Source of the DNA: Candidatus Culexmicrobium cathedralense
Lineage (GTDB): Archaea > Thermoproteota > Methanomethylicia > Culexarchaeales > Culexmicrobiaceae
Direction: 5' to 3'
Length of the DNA stretch: 64,000 nucleotides
Assembly: GCA_025061115.1 (NCBI GenBank)
Contig: JANZKC010000001.1
Coordinates: 160,001-224,000, forward strand
Shown one piece after another: positions 17,940 to 28,492 of the stretch. The notes below the pieces were generated by a model. The model did not search any database. It was not told where the DNA came from and saw only the letters and a list, made by a program, of their open reading frames with translations. Both the position numbers and the translations under genes were made by a program. The first letter of the stretch is position 1. Each line of letters opens with the position of its first letter.

Positions 17940-19409
17940 ATGAAAAATATATCTTTAATAATGATGTCGTATTTAAGTCTAATAAAGTGCACAAGATGTC
18001 AAGCCGAATATGATGCAAACACCATTCTAAGCCGTTGCAATAAGTGCAACGGACCCCTGGAAGTCATTTACAATTATGATGAACTACGCAACTGGATATC
18101 CAGAGGAGAATTCGAGAAGAGAGTTGATGGAATTTGGAAGTATGTCGAATTACTTCCATGCCCTTCAAGCTCTGCAATTACCCTAGGCGAAGGCAATACG
18201 CTGCTAATCAAGTGCGAAAAGCTTGGCAGAAAGCTTGGATTAAGAAAGCTTTACATAAAGGATGAAACCAAGAATCCAACTGGCTCATTTATGGATCGCG
18301 GATCATCAGTTTTAATTACAAAGCTTTGCGAAGCGAAATTTAGCGGAGTTTACGGAGTTTTTAAGGGGAATCTAGGAGCATCCCTAGCTGCATACTCAGC
18401 TAAAGCCGGTATAAAATGCACAGTTTTCATTTCGGATAGAATTGATGCAAGCAAGATATATCAAATGATAGCATTCGGAGCCACCATATACCCAAGGAAC
18501 AAGATGAGTGAAGTTAAGTTCGGCGATAAACATTACTTTGCCGATAATGCAGATCCATTTCTACTGGAAGGTGAAAAAACTATAGGATTTGAAATTATTG
18601 AAAACTTAGACTGGCATCTCCCCGACTTCATTATAGCTCCAATGGGAACTGGCGGATTAATATCAGCCATTTGGAAGGCAATTAGAGAATTTGAGTATCT
18701 CGATCTGATGAGCGAATCTAAATCCAAATTGATTGGAGTTCAATCTGAAAAGTGCTCCCCCATTGTAGATGAATTCTTGTTAGGAGAAGCCAGGGAAGTT
18801 GATGCTGGAAGTACAATTGCCGTTGACATTGCATTTGAAAAGCCAAGTAGAGATTTAGAGGCTATAAGAGCTCTTAAGGAAAGCAGCGGCCATGCATTCA
18901 AAGTTTCAGATGAAGAAATGCTGCTTGCCTCAATGATGCTAGCTAAAATGGAGGGAGTTTTCGCTGAGCCGGCTGCAGCATCTACAATAGCTTGCGTAAA
19001 AAGGATGATAGACGAAGGAATTTTAGATTCATCAGACACGGTAATATGCATCATAACTGGCTCAGGATTAAAAGACCCAGTAGCAGCAGTAAAAGAACTT
19101 GAGAAGAACCTTACTTTAGAAAAATTCATCAAATTAAAGGTTAGAATGAAGCCGAGACTTGGAATTGGAAGCACTAAGATAAAAATTTTAAAAATATTAA
19201 CTAGCGAAAAACTCCATGGATATGAAATTTGGAAGAAGCTTCACGAAATTGGATTGGAAATTTCAATTCCAGCAGTATATCAACACCTTAAAGAACTGGA
19301 GCAAATGGGACTAATATCAAGGGGCAAAAGCGAAGTTGTTGAAGGTAGAATAAGGACATACTACGCAATAACAAGTAGAGGTATAGAGCTTCTTAAAGCA
19401 TTAACATAA
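17940..19409 (+). CDS. Threonine-synthase-like PLP fold-II domain (catalytic Lys->Met) fused to C-terminal PadR-like wHTH
   Basis: N-terminal CxxC/CxxC, TLGEGNT, NPTGSFMDRG (canonical FKDRG), PMGTGG, ITGSGLK; C-terminal LHGYEIWKKL...VYQHLKELEQMGLI...RTYYAITSRG. Confidence 0.85.
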   Translation: MKNISLIMMSYLSLIKCTRCQAEYDANTILSRCNKCNGPLEVIYNYDELRNWISRGEFEKRVDGIWKYVELLPCPSSSAITLGEGNTLLIKCEKLGRKLGLRKLYIKDETKNPTGSFMDRGSSVLITKLCEAKFSGVYGVFKGNLGASLAAYSAKAGIKCTVFISDRIDASKIYQMIAFGATIYPRNKMSEVKFGDKHYFADNADPFLLEGEKTIGFEIIENLDWHLPDFIIAPMGTGGLISAIWKAIREFEYLDLMSESKSKLIGVQSEKCSPIVDEFLLGEAREVDAGSTIAVDIAFEKPSRDLEAIRALKESSGHAFKVSDEEMLLASMMLAKMEGVFAEPAAASTIACVKRMIDEGILDSSDTVICIITGSGLKDPVAAVKELEKNLTLEKFIKLKVRMKPRLGIGSTKIKILKILTSEKLHGYEIWKKLHEIGLEISIPAVYQHLKELEQMGLISRGKSEVVEGRIRTYYAITSRGIELLKALT

Positions 19410-19532
19410 CAAAAATAAGCTATTCGCATCACTAAGATGTGAAGCAAAGCTCAAAGCAGAAATCTAATACCATCCAATTAAGCTAAATTGAAGTGAATTC
19501 TCTCCACTTTCAATAGATCCGTAATAAAAGAT

Positions 19533-20810
19533 TCAATCCTCCTTCTTTTCTGGTTCTTCAATGTATAATAGCATTAAAATGGTTATTGGAATAATGAAAG
19601 CATATTGAATGAAAAACGGAAGTTTATGCGATAATTTATCATACAAAATTCCACCTATCAATTGACCTGCCGAGCCGGCGATAAGCAGAAAGAAGTTTCT
19701 CGAACCTGCTACCTTTCCACGCTGAGGTCTCGGTATAAAATCAGTAAATAAAGCCGAAGTCGCCGCATAAGACAGTATATTTGAAAGACCCACCAATGGC
19801 ACTCCAAAAAGTAGTAGGGTGAAATTGCCATAAATGATTAATGGCAAGACAAATGCCACCAATATTCTTGAAATAATCAATGGCACCTTCTTTCCAATCT
19901 TGTCAATCATCTTACCGCAAGGAATCGAAAGAATGATTACTGAAATTGAGAAAGCAGTGAGAATGTATGACCACTGAACCGGATCAACATTTAGATCCTC
20001 AACGATGTAAAGCAAAATTATGGGATCAATCATTGCAGACGAAAATCTCAATCCAACTTCACTAAAGAATAAAACTAGTGCAGATATATGAACATGCCTC
20101 CACACCCTAAGAGACTCCGCAATGGCCTTCGGATATAAATCAATTAATTCCCGCGCACTTATCCGCTCGGAATTCACTATCGTTTCCTTCAATTTAAGCC
20201 TCAATAAACCCGCAATAGTTAAGGCTAGAAATACAAGCATAAAGCCCAGCCTTACACTTGGAACTAACCCCAACTTCTCATATAGGTAAGCGGCAATCAA
20301 CGGCGAGGGAGTTGTGGAAACACTCGTAATTAAATTAATAATTGAAAAGCCCATCCCCCTTCTCTCAGGCGGAAGGGAATCCATCGTTATTGCCTGAAGA
20401 GCGGGACTATATATGCTACATAGACCTGAAATTACGGCTGCAACCATAATAGTTTGCCAGTTAGGGGCAATGGCATATAGAATCTGGGAAAGCGCCATAA
20501 TGAAAGTCATTCTAGTTATAAGGCGCTTCCTACCATACTTATCAGCTAAATATCCTCCTGGAATTTGCACCAAGGCACTTGTAACCATGAAAACAGAGCC
20601 AATCAGTCCAAGAGCTATTGCTGATCCACCCAAAGCCTTAACGTAGAGAGGATAGTACGTTCTAGACATCTCATCAAAGAAGTCGATAATAATCCAACTA
20701 GTTATCAGTAGTAGGAAGTTCCCCCGAATAAAAGAAAACTCCAAAATAACCTTTGAAATAACCTCTCTAAGCTTTCTGCCAGCACTGAACATCGCCTTAA
20801 ACCTCTTCAA
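19533..20810 (-). CDS. MFS transporter
   Basis: Motif A GYLADKYGRK repeated as GKMIDKIGKK; about 12 TM helices. Confidence 0.9.
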   Translation of the reverse strand: MKRFKAMFSAGRKLREVISKVILEFSFIRGNFLLLITSWIIIDFFDEMSRTYYPLYVKALGGSAIALGLIGSVFMVTSALVQIPGGYLADKYGRKRLITRMTFIMALSQILYAIAPNWQTIMVAAVISGLCSIYSPALQAITMDSLPPERRGMGFSIINLITSVSTTPSPLIAAYLYEKLGLVPSVRLGFMLVFLALTIAGLLRLKLKETIVNSERISARELIDLYPKAIAESLRVWRHVHISALVLFFSEVGLRFSSAMIDPIILLYIVEDLNVDPVQWSYILTAFSISVIILSIPCGKMIDKIGKKVPLIISRILVAFVLPLIIYGNFTLLLFGVPLVGLSNILSYAATSALFTDFIPRPQRGKVAGSRNFFLLIAGSAGQLIGGILYDKLSHKLPFFIQYAFIIPITILMLLYIEEPEKKED

Positions 20811-21052
20811 CCTTGTTTGCCCGCTGGAGACCGAATTGAAGCATAACTAGGATTTTAACCACTATTTTAAATGAATTACTTATAAGGTTAATTCTAATCA
20901 ATCACCTATTTAATCTTAATCAATTCCATAATTTTACCTCAAGTTTCATCACGAATTAAGAGGCATTAAACTTTGATGTTATCAATTAGCAATTAAATCA
21001 TTTCACCGCATAATTTAATTAGCAATAACTACTTTGATTATGGGGTGAAGAA

Positions 21053-22969
21053 TTGTTGTATCGTGGGCTTATGGCACCAGCGGGCAGTACAGTTCTTCTC
21101 TTAGGAAACGAAGCCATCGCTAGAGGAGCTATCGAAGCTGGAGTGGGCTTTGCAGCAGCATATCCAGGAACTCCTTCAACTGAAATCATCGAGTCTCTTG
21201 CAAGAGTCGCGAGAGATCTTGGAATACATGTTGAATGGAGTACTAATGAGAAAGTGGCTTTTGAAGCGGCCTATGGAGCAGCAATATCCGGTGTTAGATC
21301 ACTGGTTGCTTTGAAGCATGTTGGATTAAATGTAGCTGCAGATCCTCTAATGAGCAGCGCCTACACCGGCGCGGAAGCAGGCTTCGTAATTGTAACTGCA
21401 GACGACCCAAACATGTGGAGCAGCCAAAATGAGCAGGACAATCGCTTTTACGGATTGCACGCATTCATCCCAATATTCGAATCCTACTGCCCCGCGGAAG
21501 TTAAGAACCTCACTAAATATGCATTTGATTTCAGCGAGAAAATGAAGCACCCAGTAATCTTGAGAACCACAACAAGGTTGAGTCACGCTAGAGGCCCAGT
21601 AACCTTAAATGAAATCCCAAAAATAAAGATTAAAGGCAAATTCTCTAAGAACCCTTCAAGATGGACTTTAATTCCAGCCCATGCAAGGAAGCTCAGATCA
21701 CACCTCCTAGAAAAATGGAATGCAATTAAGGAAGCCGTGAATGAAGTTCCATTTAATTGGCTTGAAAGCCATGATTCAAATTTGCTCATAATAGCTTCCG
21801 GCATTGCATATGGATATGTGAAGGACTCGTTGAAAATGCTTCACTTAAACGAGAAAATTGACGTATTAAAGATTTCAACTCCAGTCCCACTGCCCGAAAA
21901 ATTAACTTTGAAAGCTTTGAAGTCTGCAAATAAGGTGCTTGTTGTTGAAGAGCTTGAGCCAATAGTTGAATTAGAAGTTAAGAAATTGGCTTTTGAAAAT
22001 AAATTGGAAATTGAAATTTATGGCAAAAACCTAATCCCACAAATAGGGGAGCTCACCATTGATAGGGTTGCAGAGGGAATAGCGAAAATCGCTGGAGTAA
22101 GCTTAACTCCCCTCACTGAACCGAAAATAGAAATTGAAATACCATCAAGACCACCAACATTTTGCCCAGGATGTCCACATAGAGCATCATTCATGGAATT
22201 GAAAAAAGCATTAGCCCAATTAAAAATTAAAGATGCAATATTCTGTGGAGATATCGGCTGCTATAGCCTAGGCGTATTTCAACCATTCGAAGCTCAAGAC
22301 ATAATTATAGAAATGGGAGGAAGCATAGGCGTAGCCAATGGACTAACACACACTACAAATCAAATACCAATAGCAATCATGGGCGACTCTACATTCTACC
22401 ACGCATGCATACCAGGACTAATAAATGCAATCTACAATAACTCGCCAATGCTAGTATTGGTCTTGGACAATAGAATAACGGCTATGACCGGTCATCAACC
22501 GCATCCAGGAACTGGATTAACAGCTAGCGGAGAAAAAGCCGTCAAAATCCTACCAGAGGACATAGCTAAGGGATTAGGAGTTGAATATGTTGAAATTGCA
22601 GACCCATACGAAGTTAATGAAACCATAAATAAAATCAAGAGAGCATTAAAGTACGTAAGGGATGAAAGAAAAGTAGCATTCATAGTAATGAGAAGAGCAT
22701 GCTCGCTATTAATGGGAATGATAGCTAGGCGAAAAGGCATTGAGAGTCCAAAGTACAAAGTGAATGAGGAGAAGTGTAAAGCATGCGGCATATGCTACGA
22801 CCAATTCGGATGCCCAGCAATAACTCCAACAGCAAACGGGAAAGCCGAAATAATCGGGCAACTATGCATTGGATGCAGCGTATGCGCGCAGCTATGCCCG
22901 TTTAACGCCATAGAAATAGCGAAAAAGGCGAGCAAGAAATGGGAAGACCTCTCTCGCGAGGTGAGATAA
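21053..22969 (+). CDS. iorA: Indolepyruvate:ferredoxin oxidoreductase alpha subunit
   Basis: GNEAIARG, YPGTPSTE, SQNEQDNR, RPPTFCPGCPH, GDIGC, TPP motif GDST, C-terminal ferredoxin motifs. Confidence 0.95.
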   Translation: MLYRGLMAPAGSTVLLLGNEAIARGAIEAGVGFAAAYPGTPSTEIIESLARVARDLGIHVEWSTNEKVAFEAAYGAAISGVRSLVALKHVGLNVAADPLMSSAYTGAEAGFVIVTADDPNMWSSQNEQDNRFYGLHAFIPIFESYCPAEVKNLTKYAFDFSEKMKHPVILRTTTRLSHARGPVTLNEIPKIKIKGKFSKNPSRWTLIPAHARKLRSHLLEKWNAIKEAVNEVPFNWLESHDSNLLIIASGIAYGYVKDSLKMLHLNEKIDVLKISTPVPLPEKLTLKALKSANKVLVVEELEPIVELEVKKLAFENKLEIEIYGKNLIPQIGELTIDRVAEGIAKIAGVSLTPLTEPKIEIEIPSRPPTFCPGCPHRASFMELKKALAQLKIKDAIFCGDIGCYSLGVFQPFEAQDIIIEMGGSIGVANGLTHTTNQIPIAIMGDSTFYHACIPGLINAIYNNSPMLVLVLDNRITAMTGHQPHPGTGLTASGEKAVKILPEDIAKGLGVEYVEIADPYEVNETINKIKRALKYVRDERKVAFIVMRRACSLLMGMIARRKGIESPKYKVNEEKCKACGICYDQFGCPAITPTANGKAEIIGQLCIGCSVCAQLCPFNAIEIAKKASKKWEDLSREVR

Positions 22970-22971
22970 AC

Positions 22972-23571
22972 ATGAAGACATTTAACCTTATATTATGCGG
23001 AGTTGGAGGTCAAGGCCTCATAACTCTTGGAAGAATAATTGGAAATGCAGCCATAATTCATGGAACTGGAGTATCAATATCCGAAGTTCACGGAATGGCT
23101 CAGAGAGGAGGAAGCGTAATAGTTCACGTAAGAATAGGAGAACCTGAATCCCCGCTAATCCCGAGAGGAATGGCAGATGCAATGTTATCATTAGAAATAC
23201 TAGAAGCATGCAGAAACCTAACCTACACCAACAATAAAACAGCAATATTCGTAAATAGAAGAATCATTCGCCCCTCAATTCCAGGCATAAAGTTGCCGAC
23301 AATCAATGAAATTCTACACAATCTAAAAAAGATAGGATTGAAAGTTGAAGTTGTGGACGCCCAGAAACTAGCATTAAAAGCCGGAGCACCACTAAGCGAA
23401 AACGTAGTAATGCTTGGAGCACTACTCAGCACGAACATATTAAAGGAGTACATAAGTATTGAAGACGTGGAAAAAGCAATACTAAACTTATTCCCAAAAA
23501 GAATTGCTGAAATAAACCTTAAAGCACTTAACTTAGGCTTAAATTACAAGCACCACCAAACATTAGCTTAG
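22972..23571 (+). CDS. iorB: Indolepyruvate:ferredoxin oxidoreductase beta subunit
   Basis: GVGGQG, SEVHGMAQRGGSV, NVVMLGA; follows iorA. Confidence 0.93.
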   Translation: MKTFNLILCGVGGQGLITLGRIIGNAAIIHGTGVSISEVHGMAQRGGSVIVHVRIGEPESPLIPRGMADAMLSLEILEACRNLTYTNNKTAIFVNRRIIRPSIPGIKLPTINEILHNLKKIGLKVEVVDAQKLALKAGAPLSENVVMLGALLSTNILKEYISIEDVEKAILNLFPKRIAEINLKALNLGLNYKHHQTLA

Positions 23572-23655
23572 GGCCAACAAGCATTAAATCTAACGTAAAA
23601 AATGAAAAATCAATTTATTTACTACTTAATATTAATCAATTATTAGGGGATTATA

Positions 23656-24207
23656 ATGGGTAAAGCTGCAGTTATCGTTATTGATATGCTTAAAGACTTC
23701 GTTTACGGAGCCTTAAAGTGCGAGAGAGCATTCAGCATAATACCCAACATTCAAAAGCTCCTTGAAAACGCTAGGAGAAAAGGCATACCAGTAATATACG
23801 CCAATGACGCGCACCTACCTGAAGTAGACTTGGAATTCAAAAAATGGGGTCCACACGCCATTAAAGGAACTGAAGGAGCGGAAGTAATAGATGAGCTAAA
23901 ACCAAAAGACGGAGACTTCATAATAGAGAAGCGAAGATACAGCTCATTCTACGAAACTGGACTCGACATGCTTTTGAGAGAACTTAAAGTTGACACCTTG
24001 ATACTAACTGGCCTGCACACAAACATATGCGTTAAACATACAGCTGCAGATGCATTCTACAGAGGATACAAGATAATCATTCCAGAGGACTGCGTAACCA
24101 CATTTAACGAGGAAGATCATAGGTGGGGATTAAAGTACGCAAAGGAAATTTATGGAGCAGAAATCACAACATCCCAAGAAATAATTAAGAGGTGGAGCGA
24201 AGAATAG
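23656..24207 (+). CDS. Isochorismatase/nicotinamidase family cysteine hydrolase
   Basis: VIDM..DF, KRRYSSF, HTNICV (D-K-C triad). Confidence 0.9.
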   Translation: MGKAAVIVIDMLKDFVYGALKCERAFSIIPNIQKLLENARRKGIPVIYANDAHLPEVDLEFKKWGPHAIKGTEGAEVIDELKPKDGDFIIEKRRYSSFYETGLDMLLRELKVDTLILTGLHTNICVKHTAADAFYRGYKIIIPEDCVTTFNEEDHRWGLKYAKEIYGAEITTSQEIIKRWSEE

Positions 24208-24307
24208 GGATGGCATTGCGTCAGCTAGCCAGCAATAATTAAAACACATATTATTTAAATCATCAAAACTTAAATTGAGCATGAAATAAGTCGGTCTGGT
24301 GCTTTAA

Positions 24308-25315
24308 ATGAACGGGCAAGCTGAAGATGCATTAGCTGAAGTTAGAATTCTGAAATCAGCTAAACTAATAATTGAAAAACTACTGAGCGTCAAAAGCGGC
24401 GAAAATGTGCTAATAATTAGCGACGACACCTCAGAAATGAAGATGGTAAATGCACTATTCAAATCTGCACTTGAAATAGGCGGAGAACCAGTAATAACAA
24501 TCATGCCAAGCAAATGGCCGTCACATACAACTCTACCAAAAACAATTCATGGAGCATTACAACACGCTCAAGTAGTCATTGGAATCACTAAGAGCACCGG
24601 CGCCCCTTCATACGACTCCGTAGTTGCCAAGTTGCTAAGAGAAAAAAGAATAAGATACATGTCCATGGTTTTAAGGCCACTCGAAAATTGGATAAGTGGC
24701 GCTGCACTCGCAAATTACGATGAAGTCTACTCAACCGCACTAAAGTTGGCTAAAGAATTTGAAGGTAAAAGTGAAATCAAGGTAACTACAAAGTTAGGAA
24801 CTAACATTACAGCATCGATAGATGGAGCAAGAGTAATCATTGAAGCAGGATATGCAACAAGACCAGGAGAATCTGCTGCATTTTCAGATGGAGAAGTTTC
24901 ATTCACCCCAGTTGAAGGCACGGCTAATGGCATGGTAGTTGTTGACGGTCCAATAGCACTTATAGGAAAACCAGAAAAGCCAATAAAAATCGTTGTGAAG
25001 AATGGCAAGGTAACTGAAGTCATTGGCGGCGAAGAAGCAAATAAATTGAAAAAACTAATTGAACAAGTCAAGAATTTAAATAATTTCGCTGAATTCGGCT
25101 TTGGAGTAAACCCAAATGCAAGGCTTGATGGATTCTGGCAGGAAGAGAAAAAGGCTATGGGAACAATGCATATAGCACTTGGAGACAATATATATTATGG
25201 CGGTAAAGTTAAGTGCGAAATTCACATGGATATGGTAGTCTATAAACCAACAGTAGTTGTTGACGGAAAAGTAGTAATAGATGAGGGCAAATTTAAATTA
25301 AGCACTACACTTTAA
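24308..25315 (+). CDS. Peptidase M29-like (thermophilic metalloprotease) aminopeptidase
   Basis: DGEVSFTP, AEFGFGVNP, EKKAMGTMHIALG, HMD. Confidence 0.82.
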   Translation: MNGQAEDALAEVRILKSAKLIIEKLLSVKSGENVLIISDDTSEMKMVNALFKSALEIGGEPVITIMPSKWPSHTTLPKTIHGALQHAQVVIGITKSTGAPSYDSVVAKLLREKRIRYMSMVLRPLENWISGAALANYDEVYSTALKLAKEFEGKSEIKVTTKLGTNITASIDGARVIIEAGYATRPGESAAFSDGEVSFTPVEGTANGMVVVDGPIALIGKPEKPIKIVVKNGKVTEVIGGEEANKLKKLIEQVKNLNNFAEFGFGVNPNARLDGFWQEEKKAMGTMHIALGDNIYYGGKVKCEIHMDMVVYKPTVVVDGKVVIDEGKFKLSTTL

Positions 25316-26969
25316 CTTCCAACGTCAGTTGATGGCGAAGAACTCTTCCAGCCATCTTACCAGTATGCTCCCCCTCTTTAATCACTAGTTCACCATTAAC
25401 TAACACATACTTGATACCTACTGGATATTGATATGGATTTAAGTAGGTTGCAGTGTCTGAAATCTCCTTTAAATTGAAAATCACTATGTCAGCCCAGAAG
25501 CCAGGCCTAATAATTCCCCTATCCAATAAGCCAAATTTCTGAGCTGGCAGTGAAGTCATCTTCTTAATTGCTTCCTCAATTGAAATTATACTACTGCCTT
25601 CATCATTCATTAACTCGCTTCTCGAAACGCCCTTAACATACTTCCTAATTACCATTGGAAATGTTCCATAACTTCTTGGATGCATCCTCCCCTCACCAAG
25701 TACGCCGTATGGCGCTAGTGCATAGCCGTCTGAGCCAATCATGGAGGCAGAGTGAAGAAGAACACGCCTAATATCATCCTCATTATAGTAGAAGCCCAAT
25801 ACGTATCCTGAGCCTTTCTCCTCAATAAGAAGATTAAAGTACGCTGTAAATGGGTCCACGCCCATTCGCTTAGCAATCTCAGCAAAGGATAGTCCAACTA
25901 AATCTCTATTCCTCTTACAATAAACTAGGAAAAGCCTGTCCCACATACCCCTCTTAACCAATCCGCATGGGCCGGGTCCAGGCACTGGCTCTTCAATCAT
26001 ATCCCTAATGATCCTCTCCCTAATTTGTGGATCCATAAGCCTCTCAATGATTTTAGAAGCCCCACCCTCTTGAGCCCATGGCGGAAGCAAGGAGCTCAAA
26101 CCAGTGCTACCTGCAATGTAAGGATGCAAATCACATGTAACATCAACACCTCTACTTCTAGCTTCATCAATCAACTTTAAAGTATCCCTCGACCTACCCC
26201 AACCACCAATCTTAGCTGGATGATGAGAAATTTGAACCGAAACACCAGATTCTTCACCAATTCTAATGGCTTCCAAAACTGCTTCAACAATGGTCTCTCT
26301 TTCACCTCTAATATGACTAGCATAAACACCCCTATAACTTGCAACCACCCTGCACAACTCAATTATCTCCTCGGTCTTAGCATACCTCCCCGGAGGGTAA
26401 ACTAGTCCAGTTGACATACCAAAAGCTCCATCCTCCATAGCTTCAGCTATTAAACGCTTCATCTCGGAAAGCTCATCGCTTGATGGTTCACGAGCATCGA
26501 AATTCATAACGCAAATTCTAACTGTGCTATGACCGACAAGCGAAGCAACATTAATAGATAACCCAAGTTTATCTAAGTAATCCAAGTAATCTCCAAATGT
26601 TCTCCAAGTAGGCTTCAAATTAAATTTAGCTAATCTCTTGGAAGCCCAATTCAATGCATATTCGCTTGTAAGCGGAGCAGCTGAAAAGCCACAATTCCCT
26701 ATAATTTCAGTTGTAACTCCCTGCCTAACTTTACTCTCAGCTCTAGGATTAACTAGCAAAGTGAAGTCCGAGTGACTATGAACATCAATAAATCCAGGGC
26801 AAACAATAAGCCCACTAGCATCAATAACTTCATCAGCAACACTTCTCTTCAATTTTCCAACTGAAACTATTTTACCATTTTTAATTCCAATATCAGCTTT
26901 AAACCATAGATTACCAGTTCCATCAACAACTACACCATCGCAAATAATTAAGTCAAAATCTGCACTCAT
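25305..26969 (-). CDS. N-acyl-D-amino-acid deacylase (D-aminoacylase)
   Basis: PGFIDVHSHSD, GVTTEIIGNCG, SHIRGE, HPRSYGTFP, ADIVIF. Confidence 0.92.
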   Translation of the reverse strand: MSADFDLIICDGVVVDGTGNLWFKADIGIKNGKIVSVGKLKRSVADEVIDASGLIVCPGFIDVHSHSDFTLLVNPRAESKVRQGVTTEIIGNCGFSAAPLTSEYALNWASKRLAKFNLKPTWRTFGDYLDYLDKLGLSINVASLVGHSTVRICVMNFDAREPSSDELSEMKRLIAEAMEDGAFGMSTGLVYPPGRYAKTEEIIELCRVVASYRGVYASHIRGERETIVEAVLEAIRIGEESGVSVQISHHPAKIGGWGRSRDTLKLIDEARSRGVDVTCDLHPYIAGSTGLSSLLPPWAQEGGASKIIERLMDPQIRERIIRDMIEEPVPGPGPCGLVKRGMWDRLFLVYCKRNRDLVGLSFAEIAKRMGVDPFTAYFNLLIEEKGSGYVLGFYYNEDDIRRVLLHSASMIGSDGYALAPYGVLGEGRMHPRSYGTFPMVIRKYVKGVSRSELMNDEGSSIISIEEAIKKMTSLPAQKFGLLDRGIIRPGFWADIVIFNLKEISDTATYLNPYQYPVGIKYVLVNGELVIKEGEHTGKMAGRVLRHQLTLEVKV

Positions 26970-27245
26970 CACAGCATAACTATCTAACGATATTAGCTTA
27001 AAGTTTTTCAAACATCATCAGCAAAAACTACCATAAAACCACTACATGAAATATGCAATTTAAACAACTTGAATACAAATGCAAAAAATCATTCGCAAAC
27101 AATAATAAATCAATTAAACCAATAAACATAAATTTCTTAACTAAAATGGTGAACGCTTAATAAAGTACTTAAAACATCAATAGAAAATATTTATGATTAT
27201 TGAAGCTTAAGGTCATACCTTGATTTATAATTAAATTTCTAAAGG

Positions 27246-27392
27246 TTATTTTTTCCACGGATTCTTATCAGTTTTAATTCCACATTTCTTACATTCCCAG
27301 TAATATTCAAGCCTAATAATCCTACCCTTCTTATCGGTAATATACTTGGGTCTCCTAATCCATTCATGAGAACACTTCTTGGACTTCGACAT
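27246..27392 (-). CDS. Small basic zinc-finger microprotein (48 aa)
   Basis: GGAGG RBS 7 nt upstream of ATG 27392; CSHEW...WECKKCG. Confidence 0.65.
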   Translation of the reverse strand: MSKSKKCSHEWIRRPKYITDKKGRIIRLEYYWECKKCGIKTDKNPWKK

Positions 27393-27817
27393 ATCGCATC
27401 CTCCGATTCGGCTCAAAAATGGTAAAATGTCCTTAAAATATTTTTTCATTCGAAAAGCCCAAGAAATTAAGTCATAATCCTTTCATTCAAGCATCTTAAA
27501 GGATAGCACAACACCTAATGTGAATATGAGAACATCAATTGGAAACTCCACCTAATCAAGCATTAAATGGAAAATAATTGAGGAACTCCAATAAGCCATT
27601 TTCAAACTTAATTAAAGGCAACGTCTCCAGAATACAGAAAGCCTAACATGATGAAAGCAAAACGTAAGATGAGAAGTTCATTTCATATTTATTTTTGAGA
27701 AACTCCTCCGTAAGATTTAATGTTCAAATTTTTAAAATGAAACTTCAGATCAAATAATTCTAATGTTTAATTTCATTGTACATCATAAAGTATTAGCGTT
27801 TACACTCCATTTTAAGA

Positions 27818-28492
27818 GTGGAGATGAAAATGAGGAGAATTCATTCTACCTCTATTGCCTTATTAGCAGTATGCACGGTATTAAACTTGATAAACTTCCT
27901 AAATATTTCAGCCAATCAAATATCTAATCGAAAATTAGGCATGCAAGAGGCTTACATTAGCACCAATGAGCGCAAAATCATAAGTACAGGTTTTAGTACT
28001 GTAAAAAGTTTTGATGTACATTCACTAAATGACCTAATATCGAATTCTGAGCCGGAGTTAAACGAGTTAAAACTTTGGACAGACAAAAATGAGTACAATA
28101 TTGGTGAAAAAGTGGTCATAATACTTGAAAATAGAGGTAATGCCACAATATATTTGCCTAATTCAGCCCCATGGATAATCATGGACGATGACGGTAAGAT
28201 CATATACGCGCCTATAGCTATCCAAGTGATAACTCCAGTTAAACCAAAGTCTGCGAAATACTGGTCTTGGGATCAAATAGATAATAAAGGCAAACAAATA
28301 AAGCCTGGAACATACACGGTATTTCTTAAAACAATAGATGGGCGAATTTTAACTGCAAAAATAGGCGTCGTAAGTGATCAAGGAAAGTATGAAGAAACAT
28401 TAAGTCCCCAGCAAAGTGCAATCATAATGATTCTAATTGTAGTGACTACGATTGGAATTGCCAACATAATTCACAGTATTAAGCAAACATAA
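27818..28492 (+). CDS. Secreted/membrane-anchored Ig-like (BsuPI-like) protein
   Basis: Signal peptide, TDK..Y..GE.V...N.G, WDQ....G....PGTY, C-terminal TM. Confidence 0.72.
   Translation: MEMKMRRIHSTSIALLAVCTVLNLINFLNISANQISNRKLGMQEAYISTNERKIISTGFSTVKSFDVHSLNDLISNSEPELNELKLWTDKNEYNIGEKVVIILENRGNATIYLPNSAPWIIMDDDGKIIYAPIAIQVITPVKPKSAKYWSWDQIDNKGKQIKPGTYTVFLKTIDGRILTAKIGVVSDQGKYEETLSPQQSAIIMILIVVTTIGIANIIHSIKQT

Noticed and set aside
27480-27690. Degenerate hydrophobic reading frames on the minus strand
   Set aside because: Multiple stops and no recognisable family
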